A stretch of 64,000 nucleotides of DNA, taken from positions 20,805 to 84,804 of the forward strand of contig CAWDSX010000024.1 of NCBI GenBank assembly GCA_963805135.1, given 5' to 3'. Position 1 is the first letter of the stretch, and each line of letters starts with the position of its first letter. Below, piece by piece: positions 29,134-41,426 of this stretch. A program made the position numbers and the translations under genes. The notes beneath the pieces were generated by a model, which made no database searches, was not told the DNA's origin, and worked only from the letters and a program-made list of their open reading frames with translations. The stretch is from an uncultured Gaiellaceae bacterium. GTDB taxonomy: Bacteria; Actinomycetota; Thermoleophilia; Gaiellales; Gaiellaceae.

Positions 29134-31083
29134 ATGGCGCTCCGGCTCAACGACGCATCGAAACTGGAGGTGTCGACTCCTCCGCGTGCGACAGAGAAGC
29201 AGATACGACGGCGTGGGCGGTTCCCCTTCGTCGTGGGAGCTCTCTTGGCAGCGGCGGTGCTTGTCGGCATCGCCTCGGCTGACACCGTTCAATCGGATGC
29301 CGACGTGCTTACCATGGGAAATCAAGCAAGCGTAGATCTTGGAACAGTTGCGCCGGGAGCGACGCTCAACCCGACTGTTCGGCTCTACCTCACGTGTGAT
29401 GGGAAGAGTCACGCAGACTCAGGTCAGACCGTGACGATCGCGTTCAACTCGAGTTTATCGTCGGCACCTTCGGGCGGCTCCGTATCTGCCACGAACGGAT
29501 CGATCGGCCCGACTCCTTCGGGGTGGCCGACGACGTTCCAACTGGTTCCGGGAACTGCGGCTCGCCCGGGCCAACACCATTGTCGAGTGGGAGCCTTGGA
29601 GCCGACAGCACTGTGACGATCGTTGCGCCGATAACGTCCGGAGGCCCCTATACGTACACAGTTGCGTATGGCAACGCAACGCTCTCCCCGCTCGGGAACA
29701 ACGATCCGCAGAGCATCACGGGCAGCGTTAACTCGATCACGTACAGCCTCAGCGTCTCGCAGCCGGTGACTGACACTGACGGCGACGGCGTACCGGATTC
29801 GAGTGACAACTGCCCGACGGTGGCAAACGCCGATCAGGCAGACGCGGACGGCGACGGCATCGGGAACGCATGCGACAGCACCGCATACGCGCCCGTGGTC
29901 GGGACCTATGCGGCCGACGCGAATGGGTACGAGGGAGACACGCTCCAGACGAGCGCGTCATTCACCGATCAGGACGGCAACGCCACGTTGACTATCACGA
30001 AGTTCAGCGGGAGACGGCACGGTCACGGACAACTCCAACGGAACGTGGTCGTGGAGTCTGCCAACCACTGACAATGGTTCCGGCACGGTTGTAGTGCAAG
30101 CGAGCGATGGCGCGCACACCGCCGTCAGCGACTCGTTCGACTGGTTAGCCGCGAACGTGGCTCCTACGATCGCAATGAGTGGCGCCAGCAACGTCAACGA
30201 GGGGTCGCTATACACCGTGAACCTGGGCGCGGTAACCGATCCGGGCGCGGACACAGTGACGGACTACATCGTTCATTGGGGAGACGGCGACAGCAACACC
30301 TATTCGGACAACGGCGACCAGACGCATACATACGTCGACGGCCCCAACACCTACAACATCACCGTCGATCTGACCGACGAAGACGGCACGTTCCTCGACA
30401 GAGCAAACGACCTGAGCGTCACGGTCGACAACGTGGAGCCGACGATCACGAGTCTCGTCGCGGGAAGCGCGGCCAGCTGTGGCGCAGCAAACTCGCTGAC
30501 CATCAACTTCAGCGATCCGGCTGGGGCATACGACACGTACTCGGCGGCGATCGACTGGGGTGATGGGAGCTCGAGCAGTCCGTCAGAGATCACTTCGGGA
30601 CATGTCGCGTCGCATACGTACGCGTCGGCGGGCACGTACACCGCCACCGTAAGTGTCTCCAATGAGGATGGGGGTACGTCCGCGACGATGACCAAGGCCC
30701 TAGTTGTCAACTACAACGTGAGTGGGCTCCGACAGCCGATCAACAAAACCGGCCACGGTGAGAATCCGAGCATCTTCAAGTACGGGAGCTCGGTGCCGGT
30801 CAAGGTGGAGATTACGGACTGCGACGGCTCGCATCCGAGCACGCTGGACGTCCGCGTGTTCGCTGTGAAGACCTCATCGATCCCGCCGTCCGATGGCGAG
30901 TCCGAAGCTGCAGTTGCGAACCAACCAGATGCAGGCAATCAGATGCGGTTCTCCGACCCGATCTACATCTTCAACTGGAGCACCAAGAGCATCAGCGATG
31001 CGACTTCGACGGTACTCGTCACCGTGAAGATCGTGGCGACTGGTCAGACCGTGTCGGCGGTGATCGGTCTGAAGTCCAAGTAG
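29134..31083 (+). CDS. secreted surface protein with thrombospondin type-3 and PKD-like repeats, with two frame disruptions (~29525, ~30010)
   Basis: It has a signal peptide, DTDGDGVPDSSDNCPTVANADQADADGDGIGNACD, two WGDG...HTY...Y..TV PKD-like units, and a C-terminal Ig-like domain ending IFNWSTK. GC is lower than in the flanks. Confidence 0.7.
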
Positions 31084-31103
31084 CGAATCAGGACACTGAG
31101 GCA

Positions 31104-31140
31104 GCGAGAGGGGCGCCGCGAGGCGCCCCCTCTCGCTTAT
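31104..31140. terminator. GC-rich hairpin between convergent genes
   Basis: GCGAGAGGGGCGCC-gcga-GGCGCCCC(C)TCTCGC forms a 14-bp stem with one bulged C, followed by TTAT. Confidence 0.6.
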
Positions 31141-32390
31141 CCAGCCGGTTCAGGCACCGGCGCGGCCGGGCGGCGCACGAAGATCGCCGCCGCCGGGATG
31201 ACGACGGCGATCGTCGCGCCGACCGCGATCGCGACGACGCCCCACTCCGTGTAGGCGAGCCCGCCGAGTAGCGCGAGCGCGGCGGCGGTCAGTCCGGCCA
31301 CGAGGTCCGTGAATCCGACGAGCCGGCCGCGCTCGACGGGTTTCGCGAAGGTGACGAGCTCCGACGTGGCGGCGACATAGGACACGCTCCAGCCCAGGCC
31401 GAGCAGGAAGAGGGAGAGCGACATCCCGGGAATCTCGATCACCCACGCGAGCATCACGGTCGAGACGGCCATGATCACGAGACCTCCGATGAGCGCACGG
31501 TGTCGGCCGACGCGGTCGACGAGCTGGCCGACGACGAGGACGAGCCCGAACATCCCGACGATGTGAAGGCTGATGACGGTGAAGACGTCGGCCTGCGCGT
31601 GGTCGTGGCCGACCACGATGTAGCCGGTGAGGTTCATGACGCCGGCCATCACGGCGAAACTCGCGATCGCCGCGAGCACGGCCGCGGGTACTCCGGGCCG
31701 CCGCAGGATCTGCCCGAGCGGCGCGGCGACGTCCTTCGTGGGCGAGGCGCCGGGCGCGAGCCCTGCATGTTCCAGCTCGAGCGCGATCGTCCGCGGGTCG
31801 GGGCGAATCGTGAGGGCGATGATCAGCCCGACGAGGCACATCGCGGCCGCAGCGAACCACGGGACGACGAGGGTGTCCAGCTCGAGGTCCTTCCCGGCGA
31901 AGAGCGGCCGGAAGATCAGCGGCCCCGTGGCGGCACCGAAGAGCGAACCGAAGAGGACGTACGAGATCGCTCGCGCCTTGCGGGACTCCGGGTACATGTC
32001 GGCGACCGCTGTCCGCGAGAGCAGCACGGCACCGTTCATCGCGCCGATGCCGACGAACCCGAGGATCACGAGCGGCGCCGAGTCGAGGACGCAGCCGAGC
32101 GCCGTCAGGACGCAGCCGCACGAAGCCGACGACGAAACCTCCCGGAGATGACGGGTATGCGCCCGTAGGCGATCCATCAACCGTCCGGCCGGAAGCGCCG
32201 CCAGCGCCCCGGCGGTGAGGAAGATCGCCGGCCCGAGGCCGAGGATCGACTCGATCCCGGTGACGAGGACGAGCGTGATCGTCGCCACGGCGACGGCGAG
32301 CTGAAGCACACCGGAGAGCGTCACGAGGCACAGGGCGAGCAGGATCGTGTTACGGCGGATCTGGGGCGGGCTCGCCACGGGCGACGCCAT
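31137..32390 (-). CDS. MFS transporter (local double frame disruption around motif A)
   Basis: The 417-aa ORF is open, but the expected motif A, GRLMDR-YGRIPVIS, is readable only in an alternative frame between about 32110 and 32170. Confidence 0.8.
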   Translation of the reverse strand: MASPVASPPQIRRNTILLALCLVTLSGVLQLAVAVATITLVLVTGIESILGLGPAIFLTAGALAALPAGRLMDRLRAHTRHLREVSSSASCGCVLTALGCVLDSAPLVILGFVGIGAMNGAVLLSRTAVADMYPESRKARAISYVLFGSLFGAATGPLIFRPLFAGKDLELDTLVVPWFAAAAMCLVGLIIALTIRPDPRTIALELEHAGLAPGASPTKDVAAPLGQILRRPGVPAAVLAAIASFAVMAGVMNLTGYIVVGHDHAQADVFTVISLHIVGMFGLVLVVGQLVDRVGRHRALIGGLVIMAVSTVMLAWVIEIPGMSLSLFLLGLGWSVSYVAATSELVTFAKPVERGRLVGFTDLVAGLTAAALALLGGLAYTEWGVVAIAVGATIAVVIPAAAIFVRRPAAPVPEPAG

Positions 32391-32884
32391 TCAACCAGGC
32401 CGTCTCGGAATTCCCTCGCGCCGCCACGCGAGGGATGACGAACGTGTGCACGACCGAGCACCGAGTGCGCCACGCGGCCGACGGCGACGACGCGACGCCC
32501 CTCGGCGAGCGCGCGTACGAAGCACGAGCCTTCGTTTACCTCGGCGCGCGTCGGGCGCCGGTTGCCCGTCTCCGTGCCCGGATGCGTCGGCACGATGTTC
32601 CAGAGGAGGACGTCGTCCTCGAGTCCAGCCTCCACTAGCACGCGGTGAACGATCGTCGCCGTCGCCTCGGCCGGGCCGGACCCGCTGAGCTGGCGCTCGG
32701 ACGTGAAGGGTATGCCCGAGACACGTGCTCCCCGATAGCCCGGCGCCTCGCCGACGAGAAGCAGCGCAGCGTCGGCGCGTTCCTCCAGGTAGCGCACGAG
32801 CCGTTCGCGCAGCAACGGCGCCCGTGCGCCCTCGGCGTACTGGTTGAAAGTCGCACCGATGCTGGATCCGGCCAGCTCGTCCAC
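32321..32884 (-). CDS. uracil-DNA glycosylase superfamily protein
   Basis: GTG start at 32884. It has GEAPGYRGARVSGIPFTSE and a late HPS motif. The 3' end is uncertain; an alternative stop at 32391 abuts the MFS ATG. Confidence 0.65.
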   Translation of the reverse strand: MDELAGSSIGATFNQYAEGARAPLLRERLVRYLEERADAALLLVGEAPGYRGARVSGIPFTSERQLSGSGPAEATATIVHRVLVEAGLEDDVLLWNIVPTHPGTETGNRRPTRAEVNEGSCFVRALAEGRRVVAVGRVAHSVLGRAHVRHPSRGGAREFRDGLVEWRRPWRARPRSAVTRSCSPCAS

Positions 32885-32909
32885 GAATGCCGCAGGCGCT
32901 ACGATGGCC

Positions 32910-33007
32910 CGAGCGTAACGGGGAGCTCGGGCAACCGGGCTGAGAGGGCGGACGAGAGCGCCGCCGACCCGAGGAACCTGATCTGGGTAATGCCAGCGGA
33001 GGAAGGC
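32910..33007 (+). promoter_or_regulatory. TPP (THI-box) riboswitch
   Basis: GGGGAGCUCGGGCAACCGGGCUGAGA...ACCC...GAACCUGAUCUGGGUAAUGCCAGCGGAGGAAGG matches the THI element core. The GGAGGAAGG Shine-Dalgarno of the next gene lies in its 3' part. Confidence 0.8.
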
Positions 33008-33657
33008 GTGTCGGAAGAGGTCGTAGTGGTCGTAGCGGGCGGGAGCCTCCCGGTTCCACAGGCGGCACGCTTCGTGCCGCCGGGAGCACCTGTCATCGCC
33101 GCCGACAGCGGCCTCGACAACGCGCTGGAACTCGGTCTGGAGGTGACGTTCGCAATCGGCGACTTCGACTCGGCGTCGCCCGAGCGCGGTCGCGGCCGCG
33201 GAGTCGTCCGGCGTGCGGATCGAGCGCCATCCGGCGGAGAAGGACGCGACCGACCTCGAGCTCGCGCTCGACGTGGCGATCGCGATGGCGCCGCGCCGCA
33301 TCCTGGTCATCGCGACGAGGGGCGGCCGGCTCGACCACGACCTCTGCGAACCTGCTGCTGCTCGCGTCCGATCGCTACGCGAACGCCGAGGTCGACGCGC
33401 TCGTGGGAGACGCCCTCGTCCACGTCGTGCGGCGTGAGCGGGCCTTCGAGGGCGAGCCGGGCGAGCTCCTCACGCTGCTCGCGCTGAACGGGCCGGCGGT
33501 GGGCGTGACGACGTACGGCCTCGCGTATCCCCTCCGCGACGAGACCCTCGAGCCGGGATCGAGCCGCGGTGTCTCGAACGTGTTCGAGGGCGGAACGGCG
33601 CGGGTTACCGTCGAAAGCGGCGTCCTGCTTGCCGTCCGCCCGGGAGTCTCACCGTGA
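33008..33657 (+). CDS. thiamine pyrophosphokinase, with two frame disruptions
   Basis: VIAADSGLDNALELGLEVTFAIGDFDS, then HPAEKDATDLELAL...RGGRLDH, then the C-terminal thiamine-binding part. The pieces lie in three ORF fragments. Confidence 0.75.
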
Positions 33658-34705
33658 GACGAGTGAGCCGCGTGCTCGGGGCGCTCGCCGCCGCTGCAGC
33701 GCTCGTCGCGACGGGCTGCGGCGGAAGCGACGAGCAGCCGACCCAGGTCGTCCTCGTCACCCACGACTCGTTCGCGGTCTCGGACGACGTCAAGCAGGCG
33801 TTCGAGGACGAGAGCGGGCTGAAGCTCCGCATCCTCAAGGCCGGCGACGCCGGCGAGGTCGTGACGCGGGCGCTCCTCACCGCCGGCAACCCCGAGGGCG
33901 ACGTCCTGTTCGGGGTCGACAACAACCTCGCTCGCGCGGGCGCTCGCCGGCGACGTGTTCGAGCCGTACGAGTCGCCCGAGCTCGCGAGCGTGGACCCCG
34001 CGCTCGTGCTCGATCCGGAGCATCGCGTCGACCCCGATCGACCGCGGCGACGTGTGCCTCAACTACGACAAGGGCTGGTTCGCGAGCCAGGGGACCGCGC
34101 CGCCGAAGGATCTCGTCGCCCTCACGCTGCCGCGCTACCGCGACCAGCTCGTCGTCGAGAACGCGGCGACGTCGACGCCCGGCCTCGCCTTCATGCTCGC
34201 GACGATCGCCGAGTTCGGCGACCGCTGGCCGGTCTACTGGCGCAAGCTGCGCGCCAACGGCGTCCTCGTCGTCGACGGCTGGGAGGACGCGTACTACTCG
34301 CGCTTCTCCGGCTCGGCGGGGAGCAAGGGGAAGAGGCCCGTCGTCGTCTCGTACGCGTCGAGCCCGCCCGCGGAGGTGATCTTCGCGAAACCGCGACCGA
34401 GCACCGCTCCGACGGGCGTCGTCGAGGCGAGCTGCTTCCGCCAGGTCGAGTTCGCCGGCGTGCTGCGCGGCGCGAAGAACGAGGAAGGCGCGCGGAAGCT
34501 CGTCGACTTCATGCTCTCGAAGCGGTTCCAGGAGGACATCCCGCTGCAGATGTTCGTGTTCCCCGCCCGGACCGACGCGTCGCTCCCGCCGGAGTTCGAG
34601 CGGTTCGCCGTCGTGCCCGAGCGCCCGCTGGAGCTTCCGCCGGAAGAGATCGAGCAGAACCGCGAGAGCTGGGTGGACCAGTGGACGGACATCGTCGTGC
34701 GGTGA
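33654..34705 (+). CDS. thiB: thiamine ABC transporter substrate-binding lipoprotein, with about two frame disruptions
   Basis: Lipobox LVATGC. The periplasmic binding fold is split over ORFs 33654.., 33955.. and 33569..34705. The GTG start overlaps the upstream TGA. Confidence 0.75.
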
Positions 34706-36291
34706 GTCGGCGAACCTGGCGGCCGCTCACGTACGGCGTGCCGCTCGCCTTCCTCGGGCTGTTCTTCGTCTATCCCCTCGCAGCCATCCTCGATCGCGGT
34801 CTGCGCGGCGCGGGGGATCCGCCGCTCGACGTCCTGACCGATCCGCTGACGCGGGAGGTCGTGTGGTTCACGGTCTGGCAGGCGCTCGCGTCGACGGCGC
34901 TCACGATCGCCGTCGCGACTGCCTGCCGCGTACGTGCTCGGGCGCTACCGGTTCCGCGGTCGGAGCATCGTCAACGCGATCGTCGTCGTGCCGTTCGTGC
35001 TGCCGACGGTCGTGGTCGCGCTCGCGTTCCTCGCGATCCTGCCCGACGGTGCTCGAGCGCGGCTGGGCGCCGATCCTCGTCGCCCACGCGTTCTTCAACG
35101 TCGCCGTCGTCGTGCGCATCGTCGGGACGTTCTGGGCGAACCTCGATCCGCGCGTCGGCGAGGCCGCCGCGACGCTCGGCGCGTCGCCGGCGCGCAGGCC
35201 CGGGAGATCACGCTCCCGCTCCTCGCGCCCGCTCTCGCGGCGGCTGCGGCGATCGTCTTCCTCTTCTCGTTCACGTCGTTCGGGATCGTCCTCATCCTCG
35301 GCGGCCCGCGCTACGCGACGATCGAGGCGGAGATCTACAGCCAGGCGGTCCGACTGTTCGACCTCCGCGCTGCGGCGGTGCTGTCGCTCGTGCAGCTCGC
35401 CTGCGTGGTCGCGGCCGTGTGGGTCGCGACGCGACTCGAGCGACGGCTCGCCGTCACCGGCGGTCTGCGCGCCGAGCGGGACACGCTCCGGCTCCGTACG
35501 CACTCGCCGGGACAAGCTCGTCGTCGGCGGTGAGCCTGGGCGGGCTCGGGCTCTTCCTCGGGCTCCCGCTCGCCGTCCTCGTCGAGCGGTCGCTCGCCGT
35601 CGGCGACGGATACGGGCTCGACGCCTACCGGGCGCTCGCGGAGCCGACGAGCGTCCTCCTCGCCGCGCCGTGGGAGGCGATCGTGAACTCGCTCGTCTAC
35701 GCGGCCGCGGCCTCGGTCATCGCGATCGTCGTCGGGGGGCTCGCGGCGTTCGCGGTGGCGGACACGCGCGGCTCCCGGCTGCTCGACGTCCTCGTGCTGA
35801 TCCCGCTCGGCGCGTCCGCGGTCATGCTCGGCCTCGGCTTCCTGATCGCGTTCGACACGCCGCCGCTCGACATCCGTGCGGCGCCGTGGATCGTCCCCGT
35901 CGTCCAGGCGCTCGTCGCGATCCCGTTCGTCGTCCGGATCGTGGCTCCGACGCTGCGCTCGATCGACCCGCGCCTGCGCGAGGCCGCAGCGCTGCTCGGC
36001 GCCTCACCGGGCCGGGTCCGGCGCGAGGTCGACCTGCCGATCGTCGCGCGCGGTCTCGCGGTCGCGGCCGGGTTCGCGTTCGCGATCTCGCTCGGCGAGT
36101 TCGGCGCGACGGTGTTCCTGGCACGCCCCGACCGGCCGACGCTCCCGGTGGCGATCTTCCGCTTCCTCGGGCGGCCGGGCGAGGTGAACGTCGCCCAGGC
36201 GTACGCGCTCGCCGTCGTCCTGATGGCGGTCACCGTCGTCTCCGTACTCCTCGTCGAGCGGGTTCGCGTGCGCCGCGGAGGCTGGTTCTGA
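34702..36291 (+). CDS. thiP: thiamine ABC transporter permease (two MetI-like domains), with many frame disruptions
   Basis: The hydrophobic segments and the EAAxxLGASP loops (EAAATLGASPA, EAAALLGASPG) are spread over three frames. Confidence 0.75.
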   Translation: MSRRTWRPLTYGVPLAFLGLFFVYPLAAILDRGLRGAGDPPLDVLTDPLTREVVWFTVWQALASTALTIAVATACRVRARALPVPRSEHRQRDRRRAVRAADGRGRARVPRDPARRCSSAAGRRSSSPTRSSTSPSSCASSGRSGRTSIRASARPPRRSARRRRAGPGDHAPAPRARSRGGCGDRLPLLVHVVRDRPHPRRPALRDDRGGDLQPGGPTVRPPRCGGAVARAARLRGRGRVGRDATRATARRHRRSARRAGHAPAPYALAGTSSSSAVSLGGLGLFLGLPLAVLVERSLAVGDGYGLDAYRALAEPTSVLLAAPWEAIVNSLVYAAAASVIAIVVGGLAAFAVADTRGSRLLDVLVLIPLGASAVMLGLGFLIAFDTPPLDIRAAPWIVPVVQALVAIPFVVRIVAPTLRSIDPRLREAAALLGASPGRVRREVDLPIVARGLAVAAGFAFAISLGEFGATVFLARPDRPTLPVAIFRFLGRPGEVNVAQAYALAVVLMAVTVVSVLLVERVRVRRGGWF

Positions 36292-37229
36292 TGCTGCGCA
36301 TCGAGGACGTGACGGTGCGGTTCGACGGAAGCGCGGCGGTCGACGGTGCCTCGCTCGAGGTCGGCCGCGGCGAGGTCGTCGCCGTCCTCGGCCCGAGCGG
36401 CTCCGGAAAGACGACGCTGCTGCGCGTGGTCGCAGGGCTGCAGGCGCCCGACTCGGGTCGCGTGCTGCTCGACGGCGTCGACCTCGCCGGAACGGCACCG
36501 CACCGGCGCGGGATCGGCCTCGTGTTCCAGGATCACGCGCTCTTCCCGCATCGCGACGTCGCCGGGAACGTCTCCTTCGGGCTGCGGATGCGCGGGGATC
36601 CTCCGAGGCGCGTCGCCGCGCGCACCGACGGAGCTCCTCGAGCTCGTCGGGCTGACCGGCTTCGAGCACCGCTCGGTCGGCTCGCTCTCGGGCGGGGAGC
36701 AGCAGCGGGTCGCGCTGGCTCGGGCGCTTGCCCCTGAGCCCAGCGTGCTTCTTCTCGACGAACCGCTCGGCTCACTCGACCGTCGACTCCGCGACCGCCT
36801 CCTCGAGGATCTCGGGTCACCTTTTCGACGAGCTCGGCGTCACGGCGATGTACGTCACCCACGACCAGACGGAGGCGTTCACGCTCGGCGATCGCGTTGC
36901 GGTCATGCGGGCCGGGCGAGTCGTACAGGTCGCGACGCCGGACGAGCTCTGGTCGCACCCCGCCGACGCCGACGTCGCGCGCTTCCTCGGGCTCGCCAAC
37001 GTCGACGGCGACGAGGTCGTGAGGCCGGAGGCGGTGACCGTCCGCAGCGGCTCCGGACGGGAACGGCACGGTCGAGAGCGCCGTCCGGACGGGACCGCTC
37101 GTCCGTCTGCGCGTGGCACTCGACGACGGGCGCGCGCTCGAAGCCGCCGTCGCAGCAGTCGACCACCCCGCGCCCGGAGACCGGGTCGACGTGACGATCG
37201 ACCCGGAAGGCATCGTTCGGCTTCGATGA
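36291..37229 (+). CDS. thiQ: thiamine ABC transporter ATP-binding protein, with at least 3 frame disruptions
   Basis: GPSGSGKTT is Walker [16 protein letters not shown] the signature motif, LLLDEP Walker B, and VTHDQ the H-loop. The ATG overlaps the thiP TGA. Confidence 0.8.
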
Positions 37230-37493
37230 TCCGCCGTCGCGTCGTCGTGCACGGGTTCGTTCAGGGCGTGTTCTTCCGCGACACGGTCCGACGCCACGCC
37301 GTCGGCGCCGGGCGTCGCCGGCTGGGTCCGCAACAACCGCGACGGGACCGTCGAGGCCGTGCTCGAGGGTGACCCGGACGCGGTCGAGCGTCTCGTCGAC
37401 GTCTGCCGGAGAGGGCCGACGGGCGCCCGAGTCGATCGGGTCGACGTTCTCGCGGAGGAGCCTGAGCGGCTCTCCGGCTTCTCGGTCGGCTAG
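37226..37493 (+). CDS. acyP: acylphosphatase, with one frame disruption near 37315
   Basis: VHGFVQGVFFR, then AGWVRNNRDGTVEAVLEG in the next frame. The ATG overlaps the thiQ TGA. Confidence 0.8.
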
Positions 37494-37497
37494 CCCG

Positions 37498-38104
37498 CTA
37501 CCAGCGCTCCCAGTGCACGCTCTCGGTCGGCGCCCGCCGAGGCTTCGTGCGCGGCTCGTGACCGCGCTCCAGCCGGGATCGGGCGCGGGCACGCCGATGG
37601 TCACGTGCGCGACGATCGTCACGTCGTCCGGGATGCCGAACGCGGCTCCGAGCTCGGCGCGCCAGCTCCTTCGGCACGCCGGTGAGCCCGGCCGCGAGCC
37701 CCTCGTCGATCGCCGCGAGCAGGATGAGCATGACGCGCGGCGCCGGCGTCCATGTACCAGAACGGAACCGGCCACTCGATCTCCTCGCCGTCGACGAGCT
37801 TGTCCTCCTGCCGGTAGCGCTCGTGGTAGTCGTCCTCGCGCGTGCAGACGAGCACGTGGACGGGTGCGCTCTCGAGCCACGGCTCGAGCCCTTCCTCGAC
37901 ACCCCACCCGGCGCTCGCGATGCGCACGAGCTCGGCGCGGCCCTCGTCCTCCATGACGACGAGCAGCCGCTGTCCCTGGCTGTAGCCGGCGCTCGGAGCC
38001 CGTCGCACGGTGCCGACGATCCGCTCCACTGCCTCGCGCGAGACGGGATCGGGGGCGTAGTTCCGAACCATCCGCCGCCTCGGCAGGAGCTCCTGGAACT
38101 CCAC
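37498..38104 (-). CDS. nitroreductase family protein, with 2-3 frame disruptions
   Basis: RRRMVRNYAPDPVSREAVERIV, PSAGYSQ, and FWYMDAGAA...LAAIDEGLAAG spread across frames. Confidence 0.7.
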
Positions 38105-38276
38105 TACACCTCGTCGCCCTCGTCCCGGCTCTCCTCTTCGAGCTCGTCGGGATCGTCGAAGCCGTCCTCGAGCCCAGGCTCGAGGCTCTCGTCGCTCCTC
38201 GTCCCAGTCGTCGTCGCCGTCGCGCGGGTGCCGCGCCTCCGGCGCCGAAGCCCTCGTCTTCCCACAGATCGGACAT
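38104..38276 (-). CDS. small highly acidic protein, with two frame disruptions
   Basis: The ATG lies 4 nt after AGGAGGA. The pieces MSDLWEDEGFG..DGDDDWDEE..DESLEPGLEDGFDDPDELEEESRDEGDEV reassemble from three frames. Confidence 0.4.
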
Positions 38277-38310
38277 CGATCCTCCTAGCGGTCGCAACCG
38301 CGCGAGCGAG

Positions 38311-41403
<3,093 letters not shown>

Positions 41404-41426
41404 TTAGCAGCGGCCGGCGACGGCTA

